Shown here: positions 49,758 to 63,106 of the stretch, piece after piece
How positions within the stretch are numbered: the first letter of the stretch is position 1
Layout of the letters: each line of letters starts with the position of its first letter
From: Chrysemys picta bellii
Taxonomy: Eukaryota
Reading direction: 5' to 3'
DNA length: 64,000 nt
Assembly (NCBI RefSeq): GCF_011386835.1
Contig: NC_088796.1
Span: 103,664,001 to 103,728,000, forward strand
Notes under the pieces: model-generated
Seen by the model: only the letters and a program-made list of their open reading frames with translations
What the model was told of the DNA's origin: nothing
The model's database searches: none
Translations under genes and position numbers: made by a program

Positions 49758-51609
49758 AAACTGCTTGCTTGGAGAAAAACCATCATGAGTTTTGACATGT
49801 ATCACAAAATATTAACGCATTTACCAAGTAATTGAGGTTGGTAAGAGAACACAAAATGAGACTGTAAAGAAAAGTAATTATACAAGAAGAAAGATAATTT
49901 AAAAAAATAATTGAAAAGATTTAGGTTTTTTTCCCTCCAGAAGTTATTTCTTGACAGACTTTCATTCTTTGTGCCATGTTTGTGCTAGGCATGATCAGTC
50001 ACTGGGTTAGTTTGCAATTAGCTGTGTTTGTCAAATCTGCCACCAATGCAACTCCCTCTCTGTCTCCACCATCAGCACTCATTTGCTGGTCTCAACATTT
50101 TTCAACTCTAGTCAACACCACACCCAGGCCCATTGGTCAGTTTTAAAAATGGCTCAGCTGCAAAGCTAGGGTCAGTTATGATTCATCCCTAATTCTGCCT
50201 GTCAACAGCCTTGTTCTACTTCCCAAATATTCCAGCTTGTTGCCAAGTCCATTTTGTAAACAAAATCTCCCTTTTGAAAATCACCATATGAATATGTCAA
50301 CAGGTCATGAAATATTTTCATTACAAACCTTGAAGAAAAACTAAGCTCTAAAGTAACAGTTTGGAAAAATGTCTATTTCATTAGGCATGAGTCTTGCTGG
50401 AAAACATTTACTTTGGCAACTCCCTTTTCTGTTGGTGGCCCAGAGGTAACCTGACTAGACTATCCTGGTGGGAGGCTGCGCTAGCTCCAGTGAGGAAGCT
50501 GTAGCAGATGAACAAGTCATTACAAGGTGCATTCTGGTGTAGGAATTGGTGGTGTGCAAGGGCATGAGCATCAGCAAGGCAATTCCCAGTATTGGGAATT
50601 TAAAGGCTACTTTAAGGTAAATTATTAACATTGGTAAAAAAACATGTTCACTTATATAGAATATTTCATTTGAGGATCTTCAGGTTCCTTAGAAGAACTC
50701 ACAACACTACTGTGTGATATGTATTATCCCATGTTAATGGCAAAGTTAAGGCTGCAGGCACAGCTTAGTGGTCTAGGTGCTTCAGACACACCATGAATCT
50801 AATAGGCTTGTGCCCTCTCCATGAGGCACAGGATGTTTGCTGGGGCCCTTCAATTGCCTGCTGGCTTTAGTTGACTTCCCAGGGTTTCCACACAGCCAGA
50901 GAAAGCTCAACAACCTCCCACACGAGCCAGAACAGGCTCATCTAAGCCAAAAAGCTCATGGTGGCAAGGAGTCAGGAGTGGGCCCTAATCAACTGCCTAA
51001 GGCACAGGGTGGACCCCCAGTGAATCTAAATCTGCTGGGGAGGTGAGCCCCAGAGAGCCTCTGAACATTCAGAAAGTGGCAGTGACCAATTTGGGGCTCA
51101 TCAGAAGATCCTCCCCCTGGCAAACATCCTCCCTAAGTTCGCAGGAAGGAATGGATTGCCTCCATAATCAGGTCTCTGAACATACTTGTTCTCTCCCGCC
51201 TTAACCCACCTTTGCAGATGTCAAGGTCTGCAGGAGCAGGACCCACTTGCTACACACCTCAGGAGGCCTGCACAGAGCAGGAACTGGGTGAGACTTTTGT
51301 TGTTCAGAGGACCATTCCCTTTTTCCTGGGAACCATTGACTCTGCAAGAGGGAAAGCCCCCAGTGAGCCTTGGGAGAGCTCAGGTTCCCTTGTAAAGCCT
51401 TTGGAGGCTTGTGGGAATCATACCCCAAGAAACTTAGGAGCAGCTGTGAGCTCTTGAGTCCTGACTCCACTCTGTATTAAATACACCACTTCTAATGTGT
51501 TTAGCAGATGGACTTTTTAGACAGATAATACGAGTTTAAAAGTAGCTAACTAGCTAAAGAAAAAATATCAAGTGGTGAAAGCACATGACCGGGAAAATCA
51601 AGAGATTTA

Positions 51610-51927
51610 CAGCTTGTCTACATGGATATTTAGTTTACATCAAGCTCAGGTATCAATCTACCCTGCACTAGCTTGCTGTGCAGTGTCTCTGTGGACCCTG
51701 CTGATACACACACAAACAGTCCATTAGTGCATTTTAATCCACTCCTGATTCGAAGAAGGGTAAATAGCTCATTAGTGCATTTTGATCTATGCTGCTTTGA
51801 AAACAGGAACAGATTAAAGTACATTAATGAGCCGTGCACTACAGCAGGATTAACACGGACAGAGCGCTAGCGTGGGGTAGATTCATACCTGCTTGCCATG
51901 AACTAAAATGTTCATGTAGACAAGCCC
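51610..51927. mobile_element. Harbinger-type MITE
   Basis: TTA-CAGCTTGTCTACATG ... CATGTAGACAAGCCC-TAA; internal cattagtgcatttt repeats with an inverted copy. Confidence 0.8.
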
Positions 51928-53339
51928 TAACATTTGTTTCCTGGTTCTACCATAGACTTCCTGTGTGACCTTGGGCATATCTATAGGTCTCCGTTGCTCC
52001 ATCTGAAAAATGGGGATAATACTTACCTACCTTACATGTATGTTTAAGCATTAGCTCAATGTCTGTAAATGTTTAAAATACTCACATGAAATATAAAATA
52101 TTGCATGCCAATTGTTTCATGAAAAAATATCAGTAAAATTATTTATTGTGTGCTCTCTCTTCACTCCTTTACTTATTCATGGTTGCATTTGTTATTTAAA
52201 TCCCATTTTAAGTTGCCTGTTGAAAAGTGTCTATGTCCCATACCATACAACCCCCAAATCCCAAAATATTGATTTTTGTAAACAGTCAGGCATGGCAAAT
52301 GTTTAGCCAAATGAAGGAATCTGGCGGAAGGAAACACGATGACCTTCACAGCAAATCACCCCACCAGTAGAGGAGGTCAGAAGTTTTAACTGACATATTC
52401 AGGTAGAGAAAGGTAGCGGTCTTATTTCCTGGGAAGTGAGAAGTCATTCCTCAATCAAATGCAAGCTAAAGCAATTGGATGAAGCTCCTTGAAGGAAGCA
52501 TCTTGCCCTTGCAGAGGATGGAACAGAATTCTTAATCCATCTCTAAAACAGTTGGCTAAACTGTGCTCTCTGTTACACTGGCATAAATCTGGAAGGATTT
52601 CACTGATTTCAGATTTACAGCAGGATAACAGAGAGCCGAACTGTGTGTTATGATTCTAAGTCTCATTTCACCTGTTTGATAATTATATCTCTCAAGCAAT
52701 TTGTGGAGGTCAAGAAAACTGTCCTAGAGATCTGCAAATTATAGAGAAGATGTTTCCAGTGACTAAAATAAATACTACATATTTGAATAGTGCTTTTGAT
52801 CCTAATTTGCAAATAGTACTTGATTCTATGGCACCTTCCATCAGATGATCTCAAAGCCTTTACATATATTAATTTAGCCTCGCATCATTCTAAGAGATAG
52901 GTAAGTATTGCTGCCCCCATTTTATAGACGAAAACATAAGTGAGGCACAGAGTGAATAATGGCCAATATTTTCAGAACTGGCCACTGATTATAAGTGTCT
53001 CAAGTTTGGGGTGCCAGATTGACTCACCAAAGGGCTGATTTAATGTGCTGCGCAACTACACTTCATATAGAGTCCTAAGGAATTGTGAATGTTGGCCCTC
53101 AAAATCAGCTCAAGTTGCCTCCTGATAGGCACCCCAAAATTGAAGGTAATTTGGGCTGTAAACATTTTACCTACAGTTGCACAGTTTATGACCGAAGCAG
53201 GAGCAAAACCCAAGTCTCCTGACTCCCCATCCGGTTTCTTACATAGAAGACCATCTACAGAAGTACTTAGAGGCATATAATGAATTGTTTAATACAAAAA
53301 AAAGGTCACTTTTGTATGTCATACCTGGCTCTTTTATAG

Positions 53340-53530
53340 CCCTGTTCATCAGTAGAGCTCAAAGTGCTTTATAGTGGAGGAGGGGAGTACCATTACACCT
53401 ATTTTACAAATAGGCAAACAGAGGCGCGGAGGGATGAAGTGACTTGCCGAGGTCATCCAGCAGGTCAGTGGCAGAGCTGGGAATAGAACCCAGGTCTTCT
53501 AATCTTAGATCACTGGGCTATCTGCTGTGC
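53340..53530 (-). mobile_element. MIR-like CORE SINE (related fragments at about 39290-39420, 51950-52060, 52830-52960)
   Basis: cctattttacaaataggcaaacagaggc...gtgacttgccgaggtc...gctgggaatagaacccagg CORE-SINE pattern. Confidence 0.7.
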
Positions 53531-56500
53531 AATACTACCTCTCCAAAACCAAAAATATTTATAATCACATGAGAGAGTGTCATGATTATGTGACTGTTTA
53601 AATCACAAACATACTCACCAATGCATACAAATGTAGGTTTCCATTATTAATTACACAACCACACTAGTGTAACCCACGTAATAAGCATTTCCCCCACCCT
53701 CCTCTCCACCCACATCAAAATAGCTATGCTACTGCTGTAAACAAAGAGCGATCCAACATAAATCTTAGAAAAGCACTGTAATGGTACGGTTAGTCTGCTG
53801 CAGATAATTAGCATTTTCAGAAAACCAAAAAGAGGAGAGCTATGTACACTGACTATATTAGAGTTCTACAGAATGAAAACTAACAGGGAGCTGGAAGGAT
53901 TTGCCAACACTAATATGGTAGTTTCTGATTAGCACCATCTTGTAGTATTTTGCTCTGTTAATGAAGACAAGTCGTTAAACAATGTAATTGCTATACAATG
54001 CAGCATTTACAAATTGGACCCAGTTTGTGTATATTAAAAATAACTATGTTTGTTTCAATGGATGTGATTTTTCCCACCATCCTAAGCATAGCAATCTCCA
54101 TTTTAAATGTTTTATGGAAGGATTGTTATATGTTCTTCTGTAAAGAGCTTTCAAAATGGGTACAAACAAACAAACCACAAGAAACTGACATCCCCTTTTC
54201 ACTTTACAAGCAAGGAGGCCATCTCAACAAAGGGGGTACCCTATAGCCTAGGCTTGAGGATTCCTGTTTTCTCTCCTCTTGACTGAAGACGTAAGCATTC
54301 AGTGAGGAAAGCAGCACTGTTGGACCTGTTACAGATCCTTGACTGATCTTGGATATAGCAAGTGGAGAGTGAATGAATGATAAAATATTCAAACACGCAG
54401 TGTTTTACCATACGAAACATACTGAATTTTAAATGACTCTTACTAAGATCCACCTGCATGCAATTTTTGCAAGACTTGTTAAATGTTTAATAGGACTATA
54501 GAGTACTACGATATACAAGGTCAGATGCAGGCTTGTTAACTGTTCCTAAAGATTGAGAATGTTTTATAAAGTGAGACTAACAGAAGGCAGGGGAAACAAT
54601 GAGAAGTTACTTAAATATCACGTTTGGACACAGCATCTCTTCTCTCACTATAAACTGAAATGCTGAAGACTAGAAATATAAAAGTCATCCGACCATCTTA
54701 CTGGGACACTGACTACTATTCACATGATATTCATATCCTTGATGTTCTGCTTGCCTTTACAGAGCTGACTTCTTAAGTTGTACCATTCATTCAAGGATAG
54801 ATTGTTCTAGCTCTGCATGCATTACTTGTAGAGATTCACTGTTGTGTGTTGAACTGATTCACACCACACCAGCAGCATATACAGATGATTTTCAACAGGT
54901 GTGAACAAGATGAGTCTGTACTGGGAGTTTAATTATGTGCATATGGTGCTAGGGGCATTCCAAGGGTGTGGTTGCCCAATTAGGCTTTTCAGTAGAAATC
55001 TTAAGCAAGCACAGATGGAAAGACTTTTCCAATTAGGGACTTTAAAGGGTTGTACAATTTTCTCATAGGATGAAATCGAGTTAAACTCTAAGACTGCTTC
55101 ACATGCCCCATTTGAGTCTCCCTTTCCCCAAACATGAGACAGGGTCAGACAGATTAAGTACAAATGTATACAGCATTGGAAAGTCACATTTTAAATGCTA
55201 TTACTAACGTTTAGATGAGAGGAGAGAAGGGAATATTTTACTTGCGGTATTCACTATTCTACAGATAGAGTTACCTCCCTAAATATTAGAGGCAGACAGG
55301 TGAAATCACTGGGCCTTTGGTCTGCAGGACATGGCATGGAGTGATTATCTAGGTTTTTATAGTGCTTAAATATCAGAGTACCACACAACAGAATGAGGAA
55401 ACTGATTTACACAGAGACTTTCTAGTGCAGGTGGCTTCCTAATGACTATTATTTGTCCAGTGCAGGTTTGGAAGGGTTCTGTTGCCAGAACTACTAAGGT
55501 GGTTATTATCCTGATGACTAATGTTTGGCTGATGTGTCTGACTCTCCAGGTGCCCTTTAACTTCCTCAGGAGCTCAGCTGTTTGCTCTTTCACTTGATGT
55601 CCTTGAAACGTTTGCTCAACTGTATAGTTGAGGAAGCTGACCTTTCGCCTCTAGGTCCTGTGTTTCAGGCCACAACATGCTCTCTCTCCCACCTCAGTTG
55701 CCAAAATTGTAATGAAGACATTTTAAATAGGACTCCTCTCTCAGATGGATCTGTAACTCTCTGGTCTCCAGTGGGAGTTTTGCCCTCAGTGGAAAGGGAA
55801 TCAGATAAGCATCATGTGGTCATAGGCAGCCAGTATATTTCCCACATCAGATAGGATTTCAAAGACACCACCGTTAGCCTCAACATGAACACTTTTTCCC
55901 TCCATTGTTCTGCCTGCTTTACCAGTGCATTAGTTAGCCTCATATCTCCCCTCATTCCAGTGTAGTGTTGAGCAGGCTGCTGTTTTCCCATAGCAGGTGC
56001 AGTAGTTCTGCATCTGGCTATATCATGTAGCATCCTTTCCCTGTTCCTCCTCCAATTCAATCTCAAGAGGTCACCAGAGTTCATAGTCCTCAGCTGTCTC
56101 TTGTTTCTTTAACCTCTCACAATCAGAGCTCCTACTTCCTGCTAGTCTTCTTTTTTGTTGAGTCCCAAGGGAAGGAACATTAGTTGTATTCAGTTTATTC
56201 CCTGGATCATAATCATCCACCTTTCCTTCCTTAGAGGATGCTGATGTTATTTCCCCACATGTAGACCTGAATTCAGCATCTCTAGCAGCACTTACATATC
56301 CCATATAAAGTTTATGTTCCCTCCTCCACACCTCTGCAGGCAGCTGATAGCACGGCAAAATTGCCCACAATATGTGATATACGTTTTCCAAGTTGTACTA
56401 AAAAAAAAACAAAAAAACACCTCCATATGAATCTCTGACTTTCCTTTGATGTTTTTGTGGTATCCAAGCCTGATAACACATCTCTTCTTAGGCCTTCACC

Positions 56501-56641
56501 TCAGTCGTCTGGCAACCATTTCCCATAGGTTTGTTAACAACTCCCTCCAGGATGTGTATTTAGACAGGCTACTTTGTTTGGAAAGTCATTCTTCTCCTTT
56601 TTAATTATTCTATCCCTTACTTTCAGGTTTCTAAAGACTTA

Positions 56642-56728
56642 GGCCTTGTCTACACTACAGGGGAAAGTCAATCTAAGCTATGCAATTTGAGTTACATGAA
56701 TAGCATAATTCAAGTCGACGTAGCTTAA
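56642..56728. mobile_element. Truncated Harbinger MITE
   Basis: TTA followed by GGCCTTGTCTACACTAC; no right TIR found. Confidence 0.6.
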
Positions 56729-58773
56729 AACATCCCTAGAAATCCAGAGCATAAATGCTTGGATTCCCCTCACAGCATCCTATTAGGTGGCCAGGAGGGG
56801 ACACTTGCTAGCATCTGTGAAAGAACCTAGTCTGCAATGAGCTTCCTGCAAGGATATCCTTGCCTGACGCCCCCTTAAAGTCAATTGGACGACGAGTGAG
56901 CATAAAGCTCATCATAGGATCAGAGTTGTATTTGACAAACAACTCAGCCTGCAGAGCCGTACTATTGAACTGTAAGAAAAATGAAGAAATAAGAGACAAA
57001 GCAACACCCCCTGAAGTTAATGGGAGTCTTCCTATAGACATCAGTGGACTTTGGATCTGGCCCTACACAATTAATTGGCAAATGGAAAAAAGATGACAAG
57101 GCAGGAAATAAATGCCATTTTTAACTTTCCAGGAGGATTATTACACACAATGGAAAAGTAAAAATAATTTAAAATTATTTTTGCAAGTATTTGACACTGC
57201 TTTCCTATAAGTGAGTTAGCTCATCTTTTTCACTGTGTGTCAGAACAGATTTCCCCACTCTTGGATTTTTACATATTCCTTATAATTTCTTTTTATTATT
57301 TTACTTACCACATATATCATCTTTTCCTGGCACCGTACAGACATTCAGAATTGAGCTTCATTTTAGTTTAGTTTTATAGAAAGAAGTGACCCTTGAATTC
57401 TAAATATCTTTGGTAAGCAAATAAAACCATAACTGAAGTTATTTTGGTCAGATGGCAAGCCCTTTACTAACCAAGTGGCCTAGCTTTCTCTCCATATGGC
57501 TTAAGCAAGAAGTCTCTTCTGGCATGCTCAGTACAGTCCAATCAATGCTAAACCAGTCCACAAATGTAGACCACTTTACTTGAAATTGTACTTTCCCTTG
57601 CTAAGAAACAGTCAGGATTCTACACTAGTGGGTCAAAACATTAGAATTTACCCTTGCCCATTACTTTACTTTTGGGCTGGATACTCTGTCCTACCCCATT
57701 CACCTTCCCACTATTGGTCAGATACACCACAATACAATGTCAGGCTATGTACTAACTTTTTCATATCCATTCTGAGCACAGGGCACAGATACTCAATAAC
57801 CTATAGATAGCTGCAAGGTGGGCCCCAGGAGTGGAGTGTACCCATTGTTGCCCAGGAGAGCACGTGCAATCCACTCCCACTCAGCGTAGGCTGTAGTAGG
57901 TTCATCAACCTTTATCTGTGGCCTAGCCATCACTAGAGGGGGACAGAGCTGCCACACTAAGTTGATGCAAGTTACACAAGCACAGGTTCTCATAAAAATA
58001 TTGTATGTATTTTAAATCATAAGAGAAGATACATTTCATGTAGTAACTGGATGTGCATTTGCTGGAAAGTGATGGTGGATGTGTGTTATGGACACTTGAT
58101 CATCACTATTGTTGTGTTTGAGAAGGTGATATTAAGGGAATATTGCATAAGCTGGGAGGATGAAACAAAATAGAGGATTTCCTAAATTTTTAAGGTTTGG
58201 CTTGGCAGCTGATGGATTTGAGTAAACCTTAATCTTATACAACTGTAGCATTTTGGCTGGATTTCTGAAATATCAGGAAAGGTACTCCGAGCAAGGGAGG
58301 TTAGGAAAGGAATAGAGTTAAGATTGGTGATGGCAACTCAAGTGAATATCTGTGGTATTTAGGCTTTGAACTACAATCTTCTAAATTCTTTGCTAAAAAA
58401 ACAACACTACAAATTCCCTGACTTTTGACTTTGTGTTAGCACACTTCATAGTCCTAATGCTGTCAATTAATGGCCTATTTGCAATCTTAACCCTACTTTA
58501 AAGGGTTTTCTTTTCAAAATATTACAATTTTAGTTATCTTAAACGTTAAAACGTTAGAATAGACAGTAATTTTAATATCTCGTTTGTAACTTTTAACTGT
58601 ATGCATTTACCCCAGCATGAACAATGGAAGTAGTTCATTCCTCTGTTTTTTATAGTCAGTTCCTAGTTAATCAGTTACAGATTACTCACAATGCATGCAA
58701 TTCAATAGATCCATAAGGCTTTGGAAGGATACGGGCCTTTTTATTTTATAAATCTTACATGTTGGGCCACTGA

Positions 58774-59004
58774 TGCCATGTCTGCACTACCACTTATGTC
58801 GGCAAAACTTATGTCACTCAGGGGTGTGAAAAAACACACCCCTGAGTGACATACATTTTGCCAGCGTAAGTGGTAGTGTGCACAGCACTATGTCGGCAGG
58901 AGAGTCTCTCACACCAACATAGCTACTGCTGCTCATCGGGGTGGTTTAATTATGTTGCACTGGTACAGCTGTGCCACTGCAATGTCTCTAGTATAGACAT
59001 AGCC
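58774..59004. mobile_element. Harbinger-type MITE with a long internal hairpin
   Basis: GCCATGTCTGCACTA ... TAGTATAGACATAGCC; hairpin at 58784-58881. Confidence 0.8.
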
Positions 59005-61279
59005 TTGGTTTAACAGGGTCTCTTTAAAATATATGGGGCTTGTGGGTGGTTAAAAACCAGAGCATTTATAATCATCTCACCTGTGTACTGTGTACAGTAT
59101 TTTGCTGATACCTGGACACAGTTATAGTTAGTGATTTGTCTACATTTCCATTATAAACCCTTGGTTTACTCAGAGGGAAACATTTCCTGTTGTGAAACTT
59201 GTCTTTGTAGTCTGAGACACATGAAGCCTTTTTTTTAAAAAATGGAAGGAAGGGTGTGGGCATTTTAAAAATTACATGGGCACACCAATGCAGGTGCTCC
59301 CCAAACCCTGATAAGGTTTTAAAAAAAAATATTTAGGATTAAAATATCAGATTAATTTAAAAGCAATCAATCACAGAGAAAATTCATTCCTGGAGCAGAA
59401 AGCTGGTGCCTAGACCTCTGAACCACCGATGCAGATCTATTGCATCCTTTATGGGAGTACATTTATCTGCATTCCCATGTGGTGTGCCCACACTAGCCCC
59501 AAATAAGCCAGCATGAAGTTGGAAGGGCCACTAGATCCATGATTATAGAGTTACAGTGGCCTAGAATCATGACACTGGAGAGGTGAAGTACCAATGACTT
59601 ATTCCAGCAGCCAAGGAGCTGTACAGTGCAGCATTGTGACCGGTTTGTAATTTGGAGGTGTGAATTTTAGCTTCCATGGAGATTGCCATCTAAAGTTCAA
59701 CCATGTGATAGCTGGAAGGGAAAAGGGGTGAGAGTAGGACAAGGGGTTTACTTCACTCCAAATGTTATAACTGATATAAGCTGTAGCATAACTATAAGGT
59801 TGACTGAAAATGTGGGCCTTTTTACTACAAAAAGGGCAGCAAAATCAGCTTGCAATTGGAGTCATTTTTCTTTTTCACTAACTTAAGGCCTCACACTCTT
59901 AAAATCCAGAGAACAATCTTTATAAAAGCACTTTGTATAAAGGCAGCCATTTCACATGTGTAATAACGCCTTCCCAAAGGACTATCATGAAGACGTTTAC
60001 AGTGTGGCCAAGTTAATTGGCTACACAACAGATGTTAGTGGCTCCAAAAGGTATAGTATGAACTTGAGAGTAAAATATTGCTTTCTAAAAAAATCCTTCA
60101 CAGGGATGATAAATAAGCAAAATCCTATCAAACATGATAATTGAACAAATTATACAACAAAACCCATTTCACAATCATGTTGCTCCTTCTCCTCCTTTCC
60201 CTTTCATTATTACAGACACACACATTTATGAAGCCATACACATAAGAAATTGAAACAGTTAAAAACAATCTAAATTTCCCTTGCAATACTTCCAGAGCAC
60301 TCTACAAATGATGCTCAAAGGGCAGCACAAACCAAAACCTCTGCAAACTGTAAGTAACCATCTGAAGCTTGTATGGATTGAGGTTTCATTATGCAAGAGA
60401 ACTTCAAGACTAAATAATCTAGCCCTTTCCAATAGTACTTGGGAACTCTCCCTCAAATGGCTGCTGTCATCTGGTGTCTAGCTGATGGCCTACAATTCCT
60501 TCAAGCCACAGTATCTATGAGATGCTGTCTGGAGTCCTTCCAGATACTCAATAGTTTCAGGCTTCCCTGCTACTGCCAATTTCAGTAGATGGGCAGGCCA
60601 CCTCAGATACACCCCTTGGGAGCACCAGGACCATGAATACACTGCTTCTACCTATTTGTTCTGGTCCTTTCATGCATCCCAGAATGCACAGACAAAAAAT
60701 CACTCTGATCAAAATAGGTTATTTTAATCTCATCTCTTTTGGTTTAATGTGAACATGAAATTACAAGCCAGCCTGAGGGGTGAACAAGTTGAACTTAATC
60801 GGTTTAGGTTCACACAACCTGTGCAACCAAACCAAAGTCATTTCACACAAGATCACTGCTAGTGCATTTTTCCACAGCTTCCGTTGAATGGTGATGCTCA
60901 GTTGTTTGTTAGTTACAGTTTAGTTCAATCCAAATATATCAAAGGGCTTCACCAACTTGAATGAATCAAAGTTCACAATGCTCTTGCAAGGTAGGTGTTA
61001 ACCCCACTCTACGGAAGGGTCATACAGAGTTGAAGTGATTTCTCCAATGCTATACAGGGAGACCATGGCAAAGAATGAAGTAGAACCCCAATCCCGTCTC
61101 TCAGTCCAGTGCTCAAACCACTAGAGCATGCTTCCAATTCTAAAAATGCATCAGTTCCCTTGAAAGCCATCTGATTGTGTTCAAAGTTACCTAACAAAGC
61201 TCACCCTTCTCCCCATTCCCGTGCATCTGAAAGAGGAAAATGCTTATGAGGGTGCTTAATGATGGGAAAGTTTTGCTGG

Positions 61280-62280
61280 TGGCTGTTCTTCTCTCATCAC
61301 AGGGAGTACCACAAGGATCAGTTCTTGGCCCTAAGCTATTTAACATTTTTATCAATGACCCAGAAGAAAACCTAAACCACTGATAAAGTTTGCAGACATG
61401 AAAATTGGGGGAGTGGTAAATAGTAAAGAGGACAGGTCACTGATAGAGCAATCTGGATCACTTGGTAAGATGGGTGCAAATGAACAATATGTCTTTTAAT
61501 ACGGCTACATGTAAATGTATACAACTAGGACAGACAATCTAAGCCTTACTAACAGGATGGGGGACTCTATCCTGAGAAGCAGTGGCTCTGAAAAAGATTT
61601 GGGTTTGGGGTATATAGTCAACAATGTGAGCTTCCAGTGCAACTCTGTAGTCAAAAGTGCTAATGTGATCCTTGGATACATAAACAGGGGAACCTCAAGG
61701 AGAAGTAGAGACGTTTTTTCATCCTTGTATTGGGCACTGATGTAACCGCTGCTGGAATCCTGTGTCCAGTTCTGCTGTCCAGAATTCAAGAAGGTGGTTG
61801 GTAAATTGAAGTGGGTTCAGGGAAGAGCCAAGAAAATGATTGAAGGATTGGAAAACATGACTTATAATGATACGATTATAAATAGATTGTTAGACTCAAA
61901 GAGCACAAAGAGTAGGGTAAGAGATGACTTGATCACAGTATAAATACTTACATGGAGAGCAAAAAATGGATAATGGACTCTTTGTTCTAGCAGAAAAAGG
62001 TATAACAAGATCCAATGGCTGAAAGGTGAAGCTAGACAAATTCAGACTGGAACGAAAGCACAAATTTTTCACACTGAAGGTAATTAACTAATATTAACAA
62101 TTTACCAAGGGTCATGATGGATTCTTCACAATTAGCAATTTTTAAATCAAGATTAGACGTTTTCCTACAAGATATGCTTTAGTTCAAACAGTAACTATTC
62201 TAGGAAAATTTTACAGCTTGTGTTATACAGGAAGTCATACTAGATTATCAGTGTTCCCATCTGGCCTTGGAATCTATGCA
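61280..62280 (+). mobile_element. CR1 LINE 3' portion (RT C-terminus plus 3' UTR), decayed
   Basis: GVPQGSVLGP.LFNIFIND, KFAD, EKDLG, KSANVILGYINRG, YWALM motifs; ends ccatctggccttggaatctatg. Confidence 0.9.
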
Positions 62281-62423
62281 TCTAGGACACTAAGCATCAT
62301 TTATCAGGGTTCAGGGCTCTAACGTACTAGGTACTGAACAAATAAATAGGACAGTCCTGACCCATAGTCTAGAACAGAGTTACAATGGCTGCAGTCTTGT
62401 TGTAACAAAAGGAATTTTAGATA

Positions 62424-63106
62424 CCGTATATACTCGATCATAAACTGGTTTGTTTATAAGCCAACCCCCCACCCCAGATGGAGAAGTAAAAATGGGAAAT
62501 GTTTATGACCTATTCATAAGCCGACCCTATAATTCAGGGGTTGACAAACTTTGGCTCCAGGGTCATCAGGATAAGCTGCTGGCGGGCCGAGACAGTTTGT
62601 TTACCTCGAGCGTCTGCTGATAGGCCAGGACAGCAACTGGTGGGGAATTTTTTTTTTGGTGGGGGCGGGGGGGGGAGAAGCTGGGGTTCAGGGGAGTAAC
62701 CCCTGTGACCACCCCTCACATGACCCCACCCCTAGCCTGGGGCCCCCACACTCTCCCCATCCCATCGCTTCCCACCTTAGCTGGGGCAGGCCAGGTGAGG
62801 ATGTCTCTGGCCTGGCCGGAGCTGCTCTGGCAGGCTGGGCAGCACGGCCGCAGCCTGTCGGCCCTGGAGCTGCAGCTGCTTCGGAGGCTGGGGGGAGAGC
62901 AGCGTGGCCAGAAGTGGAGAGACTCTGGCCCCTCCTCTTCCCTTCTGGCTCTGCTGGCTGTGCTGCCTCTCCTTACCCCCTCTGTTGGGGGGAGGGGCTG
63001 TGTCCCACCTCTCTCTCTCTCTATACCCATTCATAAGCCGACCCCCTTCTCTGATGCTTCCTTTTTTTTACTAAAAAAAATTCAGCTTATGAACGAGTAT
63101 ATACCG
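62424..63106. mobile_element. Tigger/pogo-like (Tc1/mariner) non-autonomous element with GC-rich interior
   Basis: TA-CCGTATATACTCGATCATAA ... TTATGAACGAGTATATACCG-TA. Confidence 0.8.

Noticed and set aside
55366-56391. Cluster of 75-106-aa ORFs with a possible degenerate gag zinc-knuckle
   Set aside because: The motif needs several assumed indels; it may be an old LTR-element remnant but cannot be supported
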